Under the pieces are notes generated by a model. It made no database searches. It saw nothing but the letters and a program-made list of their open reading frames with translations, and was not told where the DNA came from. Shown piece by piece: positions 16,709 through 25,809 of a stretch of DNA of 47,138 bases (the first letter of the stretch is position 1; every line of letters begins with the position of its first letter). A program made the translations under genes and the position numbers. This stretch comes from an uncultured Smithella sp. (GTDB taxonomy: Bacteria; Desulfobacterota; Syntrophia; Syntrophales; Smithellaceae), in contig CAYOPU010000001.1 of NCBI GenBank assembly GCA_964405915.1, forward strand, positions 1-47,138, read 5' to 3'.

Positions 16709-17785
16709 ATGTTTCATAAACTGTTTTCAGGTTTGCCCCTGTTGATTTTCATTTTCCTGCTGGGGATGGTTACGTTTTTGCTTGCTTATATCCTGAAGCC
16801 ATTTTTCTTTGCCATTTTCTGGGCGGTTTTGCTGGCCGCAATTTTCGATCCGCTCAAGAATCGGCTGCATCAAAAAATTAAAAGCCGCAATCTATGCGCG
16901 GGTCTCACGCTGGGGGCGGTGCTGGTGACGATGATTTTACCCGTCGGACTGATTCTTGCTTTGCTGTTCAGTCAATCCCTGGAAATATATAACTCGATTC
17001 ATTCCAGCAGTGGGTCCTGGGTGAATTCCCTCACCGGTTTGTTGAATTCCCTAAGCCAGCATCCGCTATTGGCGCGTTTCGACCTTGATCAGCAATTTAT
17101 TACGGATAAATCCGTTGAGCTTTTAAAAGCAGTTACTAATTTCCTTGTTTCGAACCTGTCCACCTTCACGGGGAATACGATCGTTTTTTTCGTCGAGTTT
17201 GCGGTCATGCTTTACTGCCTGTTTTACTTTTTGCGTGACGGGGACGACTTGATGGATGCCATTTCTCAACATATGCCGGTTGATGACCGCCATATCCATA
17301 CCTTCATTTCCGAATTTCTGGTTACATCGAAAGCCACGTTGAAGTTTACCTTTGTCATTGGCGGTATTCAGGGATTGCTGGGCGGCCTGGTTTTTTATAT
17401 GACCGGCATTGAAAGTCCGCTGGTCTGGGGGGTGCTGATGGTTGGCCTTTCCATTGTGCCGGCCATCGGCAATGCGATTATCTGGGTGCCGGCGGGGATG
17501 ATCATGCTGCTTTTGGGCCATATCTGGCAGGGCGTGGCCATTCTGCTTTTCGGCGCGGTTGTCATCAGTTCCATCGATAATCTGCTGCGCCCGATTCTTT
17601 TGGGAAAGGACATCCAGATGCATCCGCTGTTGATCTTTTTATCCACCCTGGGCGGGATTGCCGTTTTCGGATTTTCAGGATTTGTCCTGGGGCCGGTGGT
17701 TGCCTCATTCTTCCTGGCCAGCTGGAAATTATTCCTGGAACTCAATGAGCACAATGAGAAACATCGACAGGAAACGGGTAGTTAG
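16709..17785 (+). CDS. AI-2E family transporter (PerM/UPF0118 membrane protein)
   Basis: 358-aa polytopic membrane protein with family-like segments (FFLRDGD, IPAIGNAIIWVPAG, LLRPILLGK). RBS GAAGGAGA. Confidence 0.9.
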   Translation: MFHKLFSGLPLLIFIFLLGMVTFLLAYILKPFFFAIFWAVLLAAIFDPLKNRLHQKIKSRNLCAGLTLGAVLVTMILPVGLILALLFSQSLEIYNSIHSSSGSWVNSLTGLLNSLSQHPLLARFDLDQQFITDKSVELLKAVTNFLVSNLSTFTGNTIVFFVEFAVMLYCLFYFLRDGDDLMDAISQHMPVDDRHIHTFISEFLVTSKATLKFTFVIGGIQGLLGGLVFYMTGIESPLVWGVLMVGLSIVPAIGNAIIWVPAGMIMLLLGHIWQGVAILLFGAVVISSIDNLLRPILLGKDIQMHPLLIFLSTLGGIAVFGFSGFVLGPVVASFFLASWKLFLELNEHNEKHRQETGS

Positions 17786-18351
17786 GGGCGCATCAGAAAT
17801 CGCCATAGCGCCTCACGGTCCGCCTTGCGGGCGTAATCAATGCCGATGCGCGGCGTGACGGAAACTCTGTCTGCTGGAACGTTTTGAAATTGCTCCACCC
17901 ACAATTGACGGCCCTCCGTCAGGTCCCAGCCGTTGAAACATTTGTCAATTGCCAAAGCCTGGCATAGTTTGGCCGGGCCGTTCGTCAGATCTTTTCCCCG
18001 GCGTTTGCGGCGCGCCTGCATTTCGTCAAGACCCGTAAGCGGCAGAATGGCCCGCACCAGAACCGCGCAGGGATTGCCTTCTTTCTCGGTCACCAGGTTC
18101 AGCAGGTAGTGCATGCCGTATGTAAAATATACATAAGCGCATCCCGGCGGTCCGAACATCACGGTATTGCGAAGGGTTTTCCCCCGATGGGCGTGGCAGG
18201 CGCTGTCGGCTGCACCGCAATAGGCCTCCGTCTCGACAATGATTCCGGACATCTCCGTTCCATCAATCCACCGGATGAGTTTTTTCCCTAAAAGGTCACG
18301 TGCAACTTTCAGGGTATCGCGGTTATAAAATTTTCTATCCAGCGCCATCAT
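17782..18351 (-). CDS. mpg: DNA-3-methyladenine glycosylase (Mpg/AAG family)
   Basis: 189 aa. FYNRDTLKVARDLLGKKL and IIVETEAYCGAADSACHAHRGKT are typical of the AAG family. Convergent 4-nt overlap with the AI-2E gene end. Confidence 0.9.
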   Translation of the reverse strand: MMALDRKFYNRDTLKVARDLLGKKLIRWIDGTEMSGIIVETEAYCGAADSACHAHRGKTLRNTVMFGPPGCAYVYFTYGMHYLLNLVTEKEGNPCAVLVRAILPLTGLDEMQARRKRRGKDLTNGPAKLCQALAIDKCFNGWDLTEGRQLWVEQFQNVPADRVSVTPRIGIDYARKADREALWRFLMRP

Positions 18352-18387
18352 GAGTGCTTTATTGAAAAAATGAATGGTAATTTCAAC

Positions 18388-18416
18388 TTGACTTCGCCTG
18401 ATCTTCGTTTTAGAAC
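18388..18416 (+). promoter_or_regulatory. sigma70-type promoter candidate upstream of the fabD-like gene
   Basis: TTGACT, 17-nt spacer, TAGAAC. The -10 matches consensus at only 4 of 6 positions. Confidence 0.4.
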
Positions 18417-18484
18417 CTCCCTATCATGAAGCAGGATAATGTCAATCCCATCTTTAATTTTTAGGTTTTTCAAGAGGTAAACGG

Positions 18485-19432
18485 ATGAGTGAAATGAAAA
18501 CCGTCGTAGCTGTTTTCCCGGGGCAGGGGTCGCAGAGACAGAAAATGGGGAAAGATTTTTACGATCAGATACCCGTTTGCCGTCAAACTTTTGAAGAGGC
18601 GGCCGATGTTCTGGGGCTGGATATTGCGGCGATTTGTTTTGAGGAAGACGCCCGGTTGAATCTGACCGAATACACGCAGCCCTGCATTGTGACCACGGAG
18701 GTGGCCATGTTGCGGGGACTTTCCGAAAAATACGGGTTTCAAGCCGATTATTTCGGCGGCCATTCTCTGGGTGAGTTTACGGCGCTGGTTGCCGCGGGTG
18801 TTCTGCCGTTTGCCGATACGGTGCAGATTGTCCGGACACGCGGCAGGCTGATGCAGGAAGCCGTTCCGGTGGGCGTCGGCTTCATGGCGGCTGTGATATG
18901 CGAAGACATAGACGTCGAGGCTTTGAAGACCGCGCTTCAGGATTTGCCGATCGACGTCGCCAATATCAACTCTGCCAATCAGGTCGTTATCAGCGGTGCA
19001 GCCGCCGCCCTTCCAGAGGCGGAAAACCGCTGCAAGGCGTTATTTACGGCGCCCCGGATATATCGGTTTGTGCAGCTCAATGTCAGCGCTCCCTTTCACA
19101 GCCGTTTTATGAAAAAAATTGAAGACCCCTTTGCTGAAACCCTGAATAATTTCAGCAAATCATTTCATGCCGAGAACGCTCCTAAAGTGACATCCAACTA
19201 TACAGGGTTGTTTCACGCGGATTCCGTTGATGTGGTGATCGGCAATCTTGTCCGACAGCTTTCCAACGCCGTGCTCTGGCGCAATAATATGCATTCCCTG
19301 GTGTCCCGTGCCGGTCAGGTTTACGAAATAGGCCCGGGACGCCCGCTCCGGGACTTTTTCAAAACCATCGGTGTGACCTGCGAGTCGATTACCGGGCTTA
19401 CGGCGGCGGAGAAAAAATTTTCCGCAGCTTGA
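18485..19432 (+). CDS. fabD: malonyl-CoA:ACP transacylase family acyltransferase (FabD-like)
   Basis: FPGQGSQ, GHSLGEFTALV (active-site Ser), VRTRGRLMQ (Arg that binds the malonyl carboxylate in FabD) and SAPFHS (His). Confidence 0.85.
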   Translation: MSEMKTVVAVFPGQGSQRQKMGKDFYDQIPVCRQTFEEAADVLGLDIAAICFEEDARLNLTEYTQPCIVTTEVAMLRGLSEKYGFQADYFGGHSLGEFTALVAAGVLPFADTVQIVRTRGRLMQEAVPVGVGFMAAVICEDIDVEALKTALQDLPIDVANINSANQVVISGAAAALPEAENRCKALFTAPRIYRFVQLNVSAPFHSRFMKKIEDPFAETLNNFSKSFHAENAPKVTSNYTGLFHADSVDVVIGNLVRQLSNAVLWRNNMHSLVSRAGQVYEIGPGRPLRDFFKTIGVTCESITGLTAAEKKFSAA

Positions 19433-19481
19433 CTGCCGGAAACAGCCGCTTTCTTTGAGCGTCAGATCAATATGAGGGAAA

Positions 19482-20684
19482 ATGATGGATTTAAGTTTCA
19501 GCCAAAATCAACTTCTGTATCTGGAAACCGTGCGCAAATTCGTTAAAAACGATATTGCGCCGCATATCCTGGAATTGGAAAAAGCGCATTGCTTTCCGTG
19601 GCCGGTTATCCATAAGGCCTGGGAAACGGGTATCATCAATTTATGCATTCCCGAATCGATCAAGGGATTTGATATCGATGTGTTTTCTTCGGCGCTGATT
19701 ATCCGGGAAATATCTTACGGCGATACCGGTATTGCCACGTCCGCCATGTGCAACGATCTGGCCAATGTTGTGATCAGTCGGCGTGGAACCGACCAGCAGA
19801 AGGAAAGATTTTTGCGGCCCTTTGCAGAAAAGCCGCTGCTGGCGTCTTTCTGCCTGACCGAACCTGACGCCGGTTCCGACAATTCCATGATGACCAGTTT
19901 TATCGCGAAGCAGGACGACGGTTCTTATGTTTTGAACGGGTCCAAGTGTTTTATCACCAATGCGTCCTATGCGTCGCAGTTTACCGTTTTATGCAAAGTC
20001 GGCAAGCCCGCAGCCAATTTCATGGCCTGCGTGGTTATTCCCGTTGCGCCTGTGACAGCCGATGATCTGCCTGACGTCGCGAATTCCACAAGGGAAATCA
20101 ATTTGCCGGAAGGCGGCAGAATCATCATCGGCAAACCGGAAGACAAACTGGGCCAGCGGCTCTCCAATACGGCCAGCGTCACTTTTGAGGATGTGATTCT
20201 TCAGCCCGATCAAATCATCGGGGATCGGCGTTTCGGTTTTAAATACATTATGGATGTTCTTGATTTTGCGCGTCCGATGGTTGCCGCCATCGGTCTGGGG
20301 CTGGCTAAACGGGCCTTGGATGTTACGCTGGCTTACACGCGCGAGCGCAGGCAATTCGGTCAGCGCATCTGCGATCTGCCGGTGGCCCGGGATATGCTGA
20401 CCACCATGTGGAAAAAAGTGGAACTGGCCGAGTTGTCACTGATGAAAGCCTGCTGCAAAATTCAGGAAAACGCCGGGGATGCCGACATCTACGCGTCGCT
20501 TGCGAAAAATACCTGCGCGGAAGCGGCCGTCTTCTGCGCAAACGAAGGTCTGCACCTGCATGGCGGTTATGGGTTTACGGCGGAGTATGAAATATCAAAA
20601 CTGGCGCGCGACGCTCATATTCTTGATATATATGAAGGCGTCCGGGAAGTGCAGAACATGATTATCGGACGGGAGATTGTCTAG
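19482..20684 (+). CDS. acyl-CoA dehydrogenase
   Basis: 400 aa. ACAD features CLTEPDAGSD, GKPEDKLGQR..TASVTFEDV and C-terminal IYEGVREVQ (catalytic Glu position). The alternative ATG at 19485 is equally plausible. Confidence 0.9.
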   Translation: MMDLSFSQNQLLYLETVRKFVKNDIAPHILELEKAHCFPWPVIHKAWETGIINLCIPESIKGFDIDVFSSALIIREISYGDTGIATSAMCNDLANVVISRRGTDQQKERFLRPFAEKPLLASFCLTEPDAGSDNSMMTSFIAKQDDGSYVLNGSKCFITNASYASQFTVLCKVGKPAANFMACVVIPVAPVTADDLPDVANSTREINLPEGGRIIIGKPEDKLGQRLSNTASVTFEDVILQPDQIIGDRRFGFKYIMDVLDFARPMVAAIGLGLAKRALDVTLAYTRERRQFGQRICDLPVARDMLTTMWKKVELAELSLMKACCKIQENAGDADIYASLAKNTCAEAAVFCANEGLHLHGGYGFTAEYEISKLARDAHILDIYEGVREVQNMIIGREIV

Positions 20685-20770
20685 ACCTTGTGTCTGTTTG
20701 CCGTTTATCCTGATGCCGGGTAAAACGGGTTATGATGTTTTTCCATCTTAAATATTCCAAGGGAGGGAAG

Positions 20771-21538
20771 ATGAAAAAAACGGACGTTGTTGCCTTGGTT
20801 ACCGGCGGAGCATCGGGCTTGGGCGAAGCGACAGTGCTGGAATTGGCCGACAATGGCGCAAAAGTTGTTATTGTGGATATTGATGCTGCAAAAGGCGTGC
20901 CGCTGGCGGCTCAGGCCGGGGACCATGTTCTTTTTGTCCAGAGTGATGTGGTCAGTGAGGAATCTATTCGCCAGGCGATTGAAAAAGCTGTTCATCAATT
21001 CGGTAAAATTAATGTTGTGGTCAATTGTGCGGGTGTGCCGGACGCGGGTAAAGTGCTGGGCAGGAAAGGCCCTTTGCCGCTGGCATTGTTCAATAAAGTG
21101 ATCCAGATCAATCTTGTGGGAACCATGAATGTGATTCGTCTGGCCGTTGAACAGATGGCCAACAATGTTCCCGGCGAGGAAGGCGAAAAAGGCGTGATTG
21201 TCAATACCGCATCGATTGCCGCATTTGACGGACAGATCGGCCAGGCGTCTTACGCGGCGTCCAAGGGCGGCATTGTTGGCATGACGCTGCCCATTGCGCG
21301 GGAATGCGCCGACTACGGCATTCGGGTTGTTACGATTGCGCCGGGGCTGTTTGAAACGCCGCTCATGGACGGTATGCCCCCGGCGGTGAAAGAAAGCATG
21401 GCCCAGGGTGTTCCTTTTCCGAAGCGTCTGGGCAGGCCTGTGGAATATGCCCGGATGGCGCTGCATGTTATTGAAAACCCGATGCTCAATGGCTGTTGCA
21501 TCCGCCTGGATGGCGCACTGCGCATGCCGCCTAAATAA
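20771..21538 (+). CDS. type-2 3-hydroxyacyl-CoA dehydrogenase (HSD17B10-like SDR; 3-hydroxy-2-methylbutyryl-CoA dehydrogenase type)
   Basis: The ATG at 20771 is preceded by GGGAGGGAAG, and the track start at 20732 has no RBS. Near full-length resemblance to HSD17B10 as I recall it: [69 protein letters not shown]. Confidence 0.9.
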   Translation: MKKTDVVALVTGGASGLGEATVLELADNGAKVVIVDIDAAKGVPLAAQAGDHVLFVQSDVVSEESIRQAIEKAVHQFGKINVVVNCAGVPDAGKVLGRKGPLPLALFNKVIQINLVGTMNVIRLAVEQMANNVPGEEGEKGVIVNTASIAAFDGQIGQASYAASKGGIVGMTLPIARECADYGIRVVTIAPGLFETPLMDGMPPAVKESMAQGVPFPKRLGRPVEYARMALHVIENPMLNGCCIRLDGALRMPPK

Positions 21539-21562
21539 TGGCGATGTTCTGAAAACCTGGGT

Positions 21563-21606
21563 GATAAGCGGCAAGCCCCTCAGATCTGCGGGGCGGTCAG
21601 CTTATC
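21563..21606 (+). other. nested GC-rich stem-loop immediately after the SDR gene
   Basis: Outer stem GATAAGC (21563-21569) pairs with GCTTATC (21600-21606). Inner stem GCCCC/GGGGC surrounds the palindrome CAGATCTG. No T-run follows, so it is not a canonical terminator. Confidence 0.35.
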
Positions 21607-21752
21607 CACCGCCGTCCGGGGCAGGAAAGGATGGATGCCTTTTGCCGCTGGAAAATTTGACCGGTCCGGAGAGAGACCTGGTAAAATTGACTTGATAAGC
21701 ACTGTTAATTCATGTAATCAGCTTTACGAATGATAGTCCATCCGAATGGGTA

Positions 21753-22712
21753 ATGGTTGAGCTTATGAAACTATCTGAGGAAGGCACAAGCGTACAAGGC
21801 ATCGATTCCATTGTTTTTTCACAGGTGCTGGATATGGTGGATATTGGTTTGGTGATTCTGGATCGGGATTTGCGCGTGCGATACTGGAACCGCTGGATGC
21901 AACTGCACAGCGCGATTGAACCTGAAAAAATAATCGGTTGCGCTGTTTGCGATGTTTTTGCCAACCTGCAGCGCCCCCGATTTTTAAATAATTGCAAGGC
22001 CGTTTTAACTTTTGGCAATTTTTGCTTCTTTTCTCAAAAGCTTCACCGCTATCTGTTTCCGTTTAAGCCGATCAGCTCTTTTGATTCCGGTTTTGAATAT
22101 ATGCAGCAAAGTTGTACGATGGGGCCGCTGCGCAATAAAGAGGGTCGCATCGACTATCTGTTCATCGCTGTGCACGACGTGACGGAAACGGTCAATTTTG
22201 AGCAGAAACTGATGGCGCTCAACATGATCGATGCGCTGACCGGCGTTAATAACCGCCGCAGTCTCGAAATACATCTCAAAGAAGAGCTTGACCGGCATAA
22301 AAGATATGACCGTCCTTTCAGCCTGATCATGTTTGATATCGATCATTTTAAAAAGGTCAATGACACCTATGGGCACCAGTGCGGCGATTATATTCTTCAA
22401 TCAATGGCCACATTAATCGCCTCTTCCATCCGCACGGAAGATATTCTGGCGCGTTACGGGGGCGAGGAATTCTGCTGCCTTTTGCCGGAAACCGCTTTGG
22501 AAGCCGCGACAAGCATTGCTGAGAGATGCCGGAAAAAAGTTGCCGGGTATTGTTTTGAATATCAGGGACAAAATATTCCTGTTACCATCAGTCTGGGAGT
22601 GTCCTCCCTGAATGCGGAAACAAGCGGTCCGGATATGCTACTGAAAAAAGCTGACAACGGATTATACGCGGCAAAAGAAAACGGCCGCAACAGAGTTGAA
22701 ATTGTTGAGTGA
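21753..22712 (+). CDS. PAS-domain diguanylate cyclase (GGDEF)
   Basis: 319 aa. An N-terminal PAS-like region, then a GGDEF domain with RYGGEEF active site and FDIDHFKKVNDTYGH. The start could also be the ATG at 21765. Confidence 0.9.
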   Translation: MVELMKLSEEGTSVQGIDSIVFSQVLDMVDIGLVILDRDLRVRYWNRWMQLHSAIEPEKIIGCAVCDVFANLQRPRFLNNCKAVLTFGNFCFFSQKLHRYLFPFKPISSFDSGFEYMQQSCTMGPLRNKEGRIDYLFIAVHDVTETVNFEQKLMALNMIDALTGVNNRRSLEIHLKEELDRHKRYDRPFSLIMFDIDHFKKVNDTYGHQCGDYILQSMATLIASSIRTEDILARYGGEEFCCLLPETALEAATSIAERCRKKVAGYCFEYQGQNIPVTISLGVSSLNAETSGPDMLLKKADNGLYAAKENGRNRVEIVE

Positions 22713-22801
22713 GCAATATCAATCCTTGAAAAAATAATGTTTTTCGATTAAGAAAAACGCGACATCAATGCAATGGTTTTTATCGATGTGTAGGGGCGGT
22801 C

Positions 22802-23182
22802 ATGGTAAAAAAAATACTGATAGTTGATGATTCACCTATTTCCATTAAAATTATGAAAAGCTGCATTTCCAAGGATCAGGGATATGAATTATTTGACGCG
22901 GCCAACGGTCAGATTGGCGTGGAAATGTTTCAACAAATCAATCCGGATGTTACTTTTATGGATTTGACCATGCCGGTGATGAACGGCTTCGAAGCCCTGC
23001 AGGCAATCATGAAACTGGATGAGCGGGCGATTGTGATCATTGCCACCGCCGACGTGCAAATCAGGGCCATTGCCAGAGCGCATGATCTGGGCGCTTTTTC
23101 CGTCATCAAAAAACCACCAAGCAAAGAAAAGATCGCTGCTGCGATTGCGGAAGTTGAAGAAACACTGGCGGAGCGGGGATAA
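22802..23182 (+). CDS. single-domain response regulator (CheY-like receiver)
   Basis: 126 aa. ILIVDDS, the phospho-acceptor context TFMDLTMPVMNG, and SVIKKP (conserved Lys). Confidence 0.9.
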   Translation: MVKKILIVDDSPISIKIMKSCISKDQGYELFDAANGQIGVEMFQQINPDVTFMDLTMPVMNGFEALQAIMKLDERAIVIIATADVQIRAIARAHDLGAFSVIKKPPSKEKIAAAIAEVEETLAERG

Positions 23183-23185
23183 TCT

Positions 23186-23833
23186 ATGGAGTTCAGCACT
23201 CAAGACGCATTGATTACAGAAGAAGAAACAGATATTCTACAGGAAATCATGAACATCGCGTTTGGTCGTGCCGCGTCCGATCTTGCGGAATACATTGATA
23301 TTTTTGTAATCTTGAGCGTGCCTTATATCAAACTTTTGCGCTCGGCGGATCTTCCTCCCTACATCCATGAGGAAATTAAGGACTTTGATAAAGTATCCCT
23401 GGTGGAACAGAATTTCTGGGGAAAATTCAAGGGGAACGCTTTTCTGGTATTTCCCGCCGATAGCGGCAAGAAAATACTTTCCCTTTTTGACGGTTCAGAG
23501 GAGCATTTTGAATCGGATCCTGTCTATGAACTGGAAAAAGAGACCTTTCGCGAAGTCGGGAATATTCTGATTGGCGCCTGTGTCGGGAAAATTGCCGAAC
23601 TGTTGGGGGATGTCATTACCTATTCGCCGCCCCGGGTTGTTGTGGAGCGCAGTCACGGCAGTGTTATTTCAGAGACCCTTTTTGACAAAGACTCTCTGGC
23701 GATTGTCTTGAGGACGGTTTTTGATTTTAATGAACAAAATATCAGCGGCTATCTTTTCATTGTCACCAATGAAGAATCTTTTGGCTGGATGAAAACGGCG
23801 CTGCATAATTTTCTGGAACAGTACGAGTGTTGA
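23186..23833 (+). CDS. CheC-family CheY-P phosphatase-like protein
   Basis: Two CheC-type motifs. The first, D-ILQ-E-IM-N followed by 22 residues then P, is an exact [D/S]x3Ex2Nx22P. The second is E-TFR-E-VG-N followed by about 22 residues then PP. Confidence 0.8.
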   Translation: MEFSTQDALITEEETDILQEIMNIAFGRAASDLAEYIDIFVILSVPYIKLLRSADLPPYIHEEIKDFDKVSLVEQNFWGKFKGNAFLVFPADSGKKILSLFDGSEEHFESDPVYELEKETFREVGNILIGACVGKIAELLGDVITYSPPRVVVERSHGSVISETLFDKDSLAIVLRTVFDFNEQNISGYLFIVTNEESFGWMKTALHNFLEQYEC

Positions 23834-23878
23834 TTCTTTTATCCCGGTGTTCATCGATCGACGGTTGTCCCCACCGCT

Positions 23879-24622
23879 TTATTCCGTGATTTCTTTGCGT
23901 AACAAAACAGGTTTTGTCTGTCTCTTGCGCATCCGAATATTGAGCATTTCGACGGCCACGGAAAACGCCATCGCAAAGTAGATGTAGCCTTTCGGAACAT
24001 GGACGTCGAATCCTTCGACAATCAGCGTGACCCCTACCAGAATGAGAAAAGACAAGGCCAGAATTTTAATGGTCGGGTGATCATCAACAAAATCGGCAAT
24101 CGGTTTGGCGGCAAACAGCATGACGCCTACCGCCATGATGATCGCAATCGCCATGATGGAGACATGCTGAGCCAGTCCTACCGCCGTGATGACGGAATCC
24201 AGGGAAAACACAATGTCAAGTGCGGCAATCTGAAAAAGAACAGGGGCCATTTTCACCGTTTTCAGCTTCGGATTTTCTTCCTCCATCCCCTCCAGACTAC
24301 TGTGAATTTCGTGGGTGGCTTTGGCCAGCAGGAATAATCCGCCGCCAATCAAGATGATGTCCCGGCCGGAGATGTCCTGTCCGAAAACGGTAAACCAGGG
24401 TTGCGTCAAATTGGCCACCCAGACAATGGAAAAAAGCAGCGCGAGGCGAGTCAGCATCGCCAGCATCAATCCCAGATTGCGGGCAAGTTTTCTTTTTTTT
24501 GCCGGCAGTCGTCCGACCAGAATGGATATGAAAATGATATTGTCGATGCCCAGGACGATTTCCAGAGCCGTCAGGGTTCCTAGAGCAATCCAGGCTTCAG
24601 GACTCGTAAACCATGCAAACAT
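23879..24622 (-). CDS. TerC-family integral membrane protein
   Basis: The internal ATG at 24620-24622 is preceded by GGAGA, and the track ORF adds 26 unlikely residues. The product starts MFAWFTSPEAWIALGTLTALEIVLGIDNIIFISIL, which is typical of TerC/YoaE. Confidence 0.85.
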   Translation of the reverse strand: MFAWFTSPEAWIALGTLTALEIVLGIDNIIFISILVGRLPAKKRKLARNLGLMLAMLTRLALLFSIVWVANLTQPWFTVFGQDISGRDIILIGGGLFLLAKATHEIHSSLEGMEEENPKLKTVKMAPVLFQIAALDIVFSLDSVITAVGLAQHVSIMAIAIIMAVGVMLFAAKPIADFVDDHPTIKILALSFLILVGVTLIVEGFDVHVPKGYIYFAMAFSVAVEMLNIRMRKRQTKPVLLRKEITE

Positions 24623-24820
24623 AATTTTTCTCCGTAGATCAATTTCAATCATTAAAATGGCAATAGAAATCCAGCGTCTGCCGATGATTCTTATTGACAA
24701 AATTGCGCGAATAATAGCTTAGTTCAGTCCCAATTTCAAATTAAAAAAAGCCGCTTGTGCCTGTGACGGCCCTGCATTCTTCGATCTTCGGGAAGTCATG
24801 ATCGCCGGTCCAATATTTCC

Positions 24821-24849
24821 TTGACATGCCAGACCGATATTTTTATAGT
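24821..24849 (+). promoter_or_regulatory. near-consensus sigma70-type promoter for the lipoprotein gene
   Basis: TTGACA (24821-24826), 17-nt spacer, TATAGT (24844-24849). Confidence 0.55.
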
Positions 24850-24905
24850 CTGACCGTATGCAAGCTATATCAAAATATCATGATATTTTAGCGAGGGGGA
24901 TGAAT

Positions 24906-25703
24906 ATGAAACGAAAGGTATTGGCGCTTATTTTGTGCCTGGCATTGCTGACTTCCTGCACCGTCACTAATGAAAGTGGAAAAAGTGTTACCACCGGCTT
25001 TGGTAAAGCCATGCTGGGGGTTGCCCAACTGGTGTTGTCTCCACTGCAAATCGCGGCTGGCCTGTTGGAAGGAATTTCTTCGATCCCTTATTACCTTTCC
25101 ACCAATGTGCAGGATATCAACAAAGGTATGATTGCGGCCAACGCCAAAATCACGCTGGATGATACGTACGAGTCGGCCTACGGGAAGCGAATCAACGCCG
25201 TTCCGGAAACCGGAGATACGGGAGAAATGTTTCGGCGAATGAAGCACGCATCGGCATATTTCCAAAAAGTTCTGAGCCGCTACGGCGTTCCCGATGCCAA
25301 TCATTACATCTTGACAAGTATCGATACGGCCAATTCCAAAGGTTATACGCTGTTTGCCGTTGTTTATCGTCCGACCGGCCAGATCAACGTTGTTGATAAA
25401 TACGACGGCACGACGATCAGAAACTTTACATCCGATGATCGCCTGTTCTATGAACCGTTTGCCAGAGATGCCAACGGGAAATCTTTGGATGCCATCATTG
25501 ACTGGGCGGCGATGCCCCGCGAATTTATCAATACCCAAAAGGCTCAAGCTCTGCTTTTAACAATGGCTGCCAATTCCGTAGCCAATGAAAAGCGGTCCCC
25601 CGACTACTGGGATATCGAAAAACGCTGGATCGCCGGAGCCTTCCAGGAAATAACGGAACAAAAAATGAACGCTGTTAAAAACAAAATGAAGATCAGCGAT
25701 TAA
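24906..25703 (+). CDS. lipoprotein of unknown function
   Basis: The ATG at 24906 follows AGGGGG. The N-terminus MKRKVLALILCLALLTSC has a lipobox (LLTSC). The rest has no motif I recognise. The antisense 219-aa ORF is a shadow. Confidence 0.7.
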   Translation: MKRKVLALILCLALLTSCTVTNESGKSVTTGFGKAMLGVAQLVLSPLQIAAGLLEGISSIPYYLSTNVQDINKGMIAANAKITLDDTYESAYGKRINAVPETGDTGEMFRRMKHASAYFQKVLSRYGVPDANHYILTSIDTANSKGYTLFAVVYRPTGQINVVDKYDGTTIRNFTSDDRLFYEPFARDANGKSLDAIIDWAAMPREFINTQKAQALLLTMAANSVANEKRSPDYWDIEKRWIAGAFQEITEQKMNAVKNKMKISD

Positions 25704-25751
25704 GCCGTTGTTTAACAATAACTGTCACATTGTCATGTCGTAACCGGCATA

Positions 25752-25804
25752 AGGGGCCGTAACGAAATGGCTAGAATTGTAACCGTTATTTCTTAACGGC
25801 CCCT
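25752..25804. terminator. long-loop inverted repeat between convergent genes (possible bidirectional terminator)
   Basis: AGGGGCCGT (25752-25760) pairs with ACGGCCCCT (25796-25804). The stem is a perfect 9 bp and the loop is about 35 nt. Confidence 0.45.
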
Positions 25805-25809
25805 AAAGG

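Noticed and set aside
24623-24820. Possible yybP-ykoY (Mn2+) riboswitch in the ~200-nt leader of the TerC-family gene, including a weak hairpin followed by T7 (reverse strand around 24741-24775).
   Set aside because: TerC genes are often controlled by this riboswitch. However, I could not find the conserved GGGGAGUAG / UUGACAUA-type core sequences as I recall them. The hairpin stem is only about 4 bp. An Infernal/Rfam scan would be needed to settle it.
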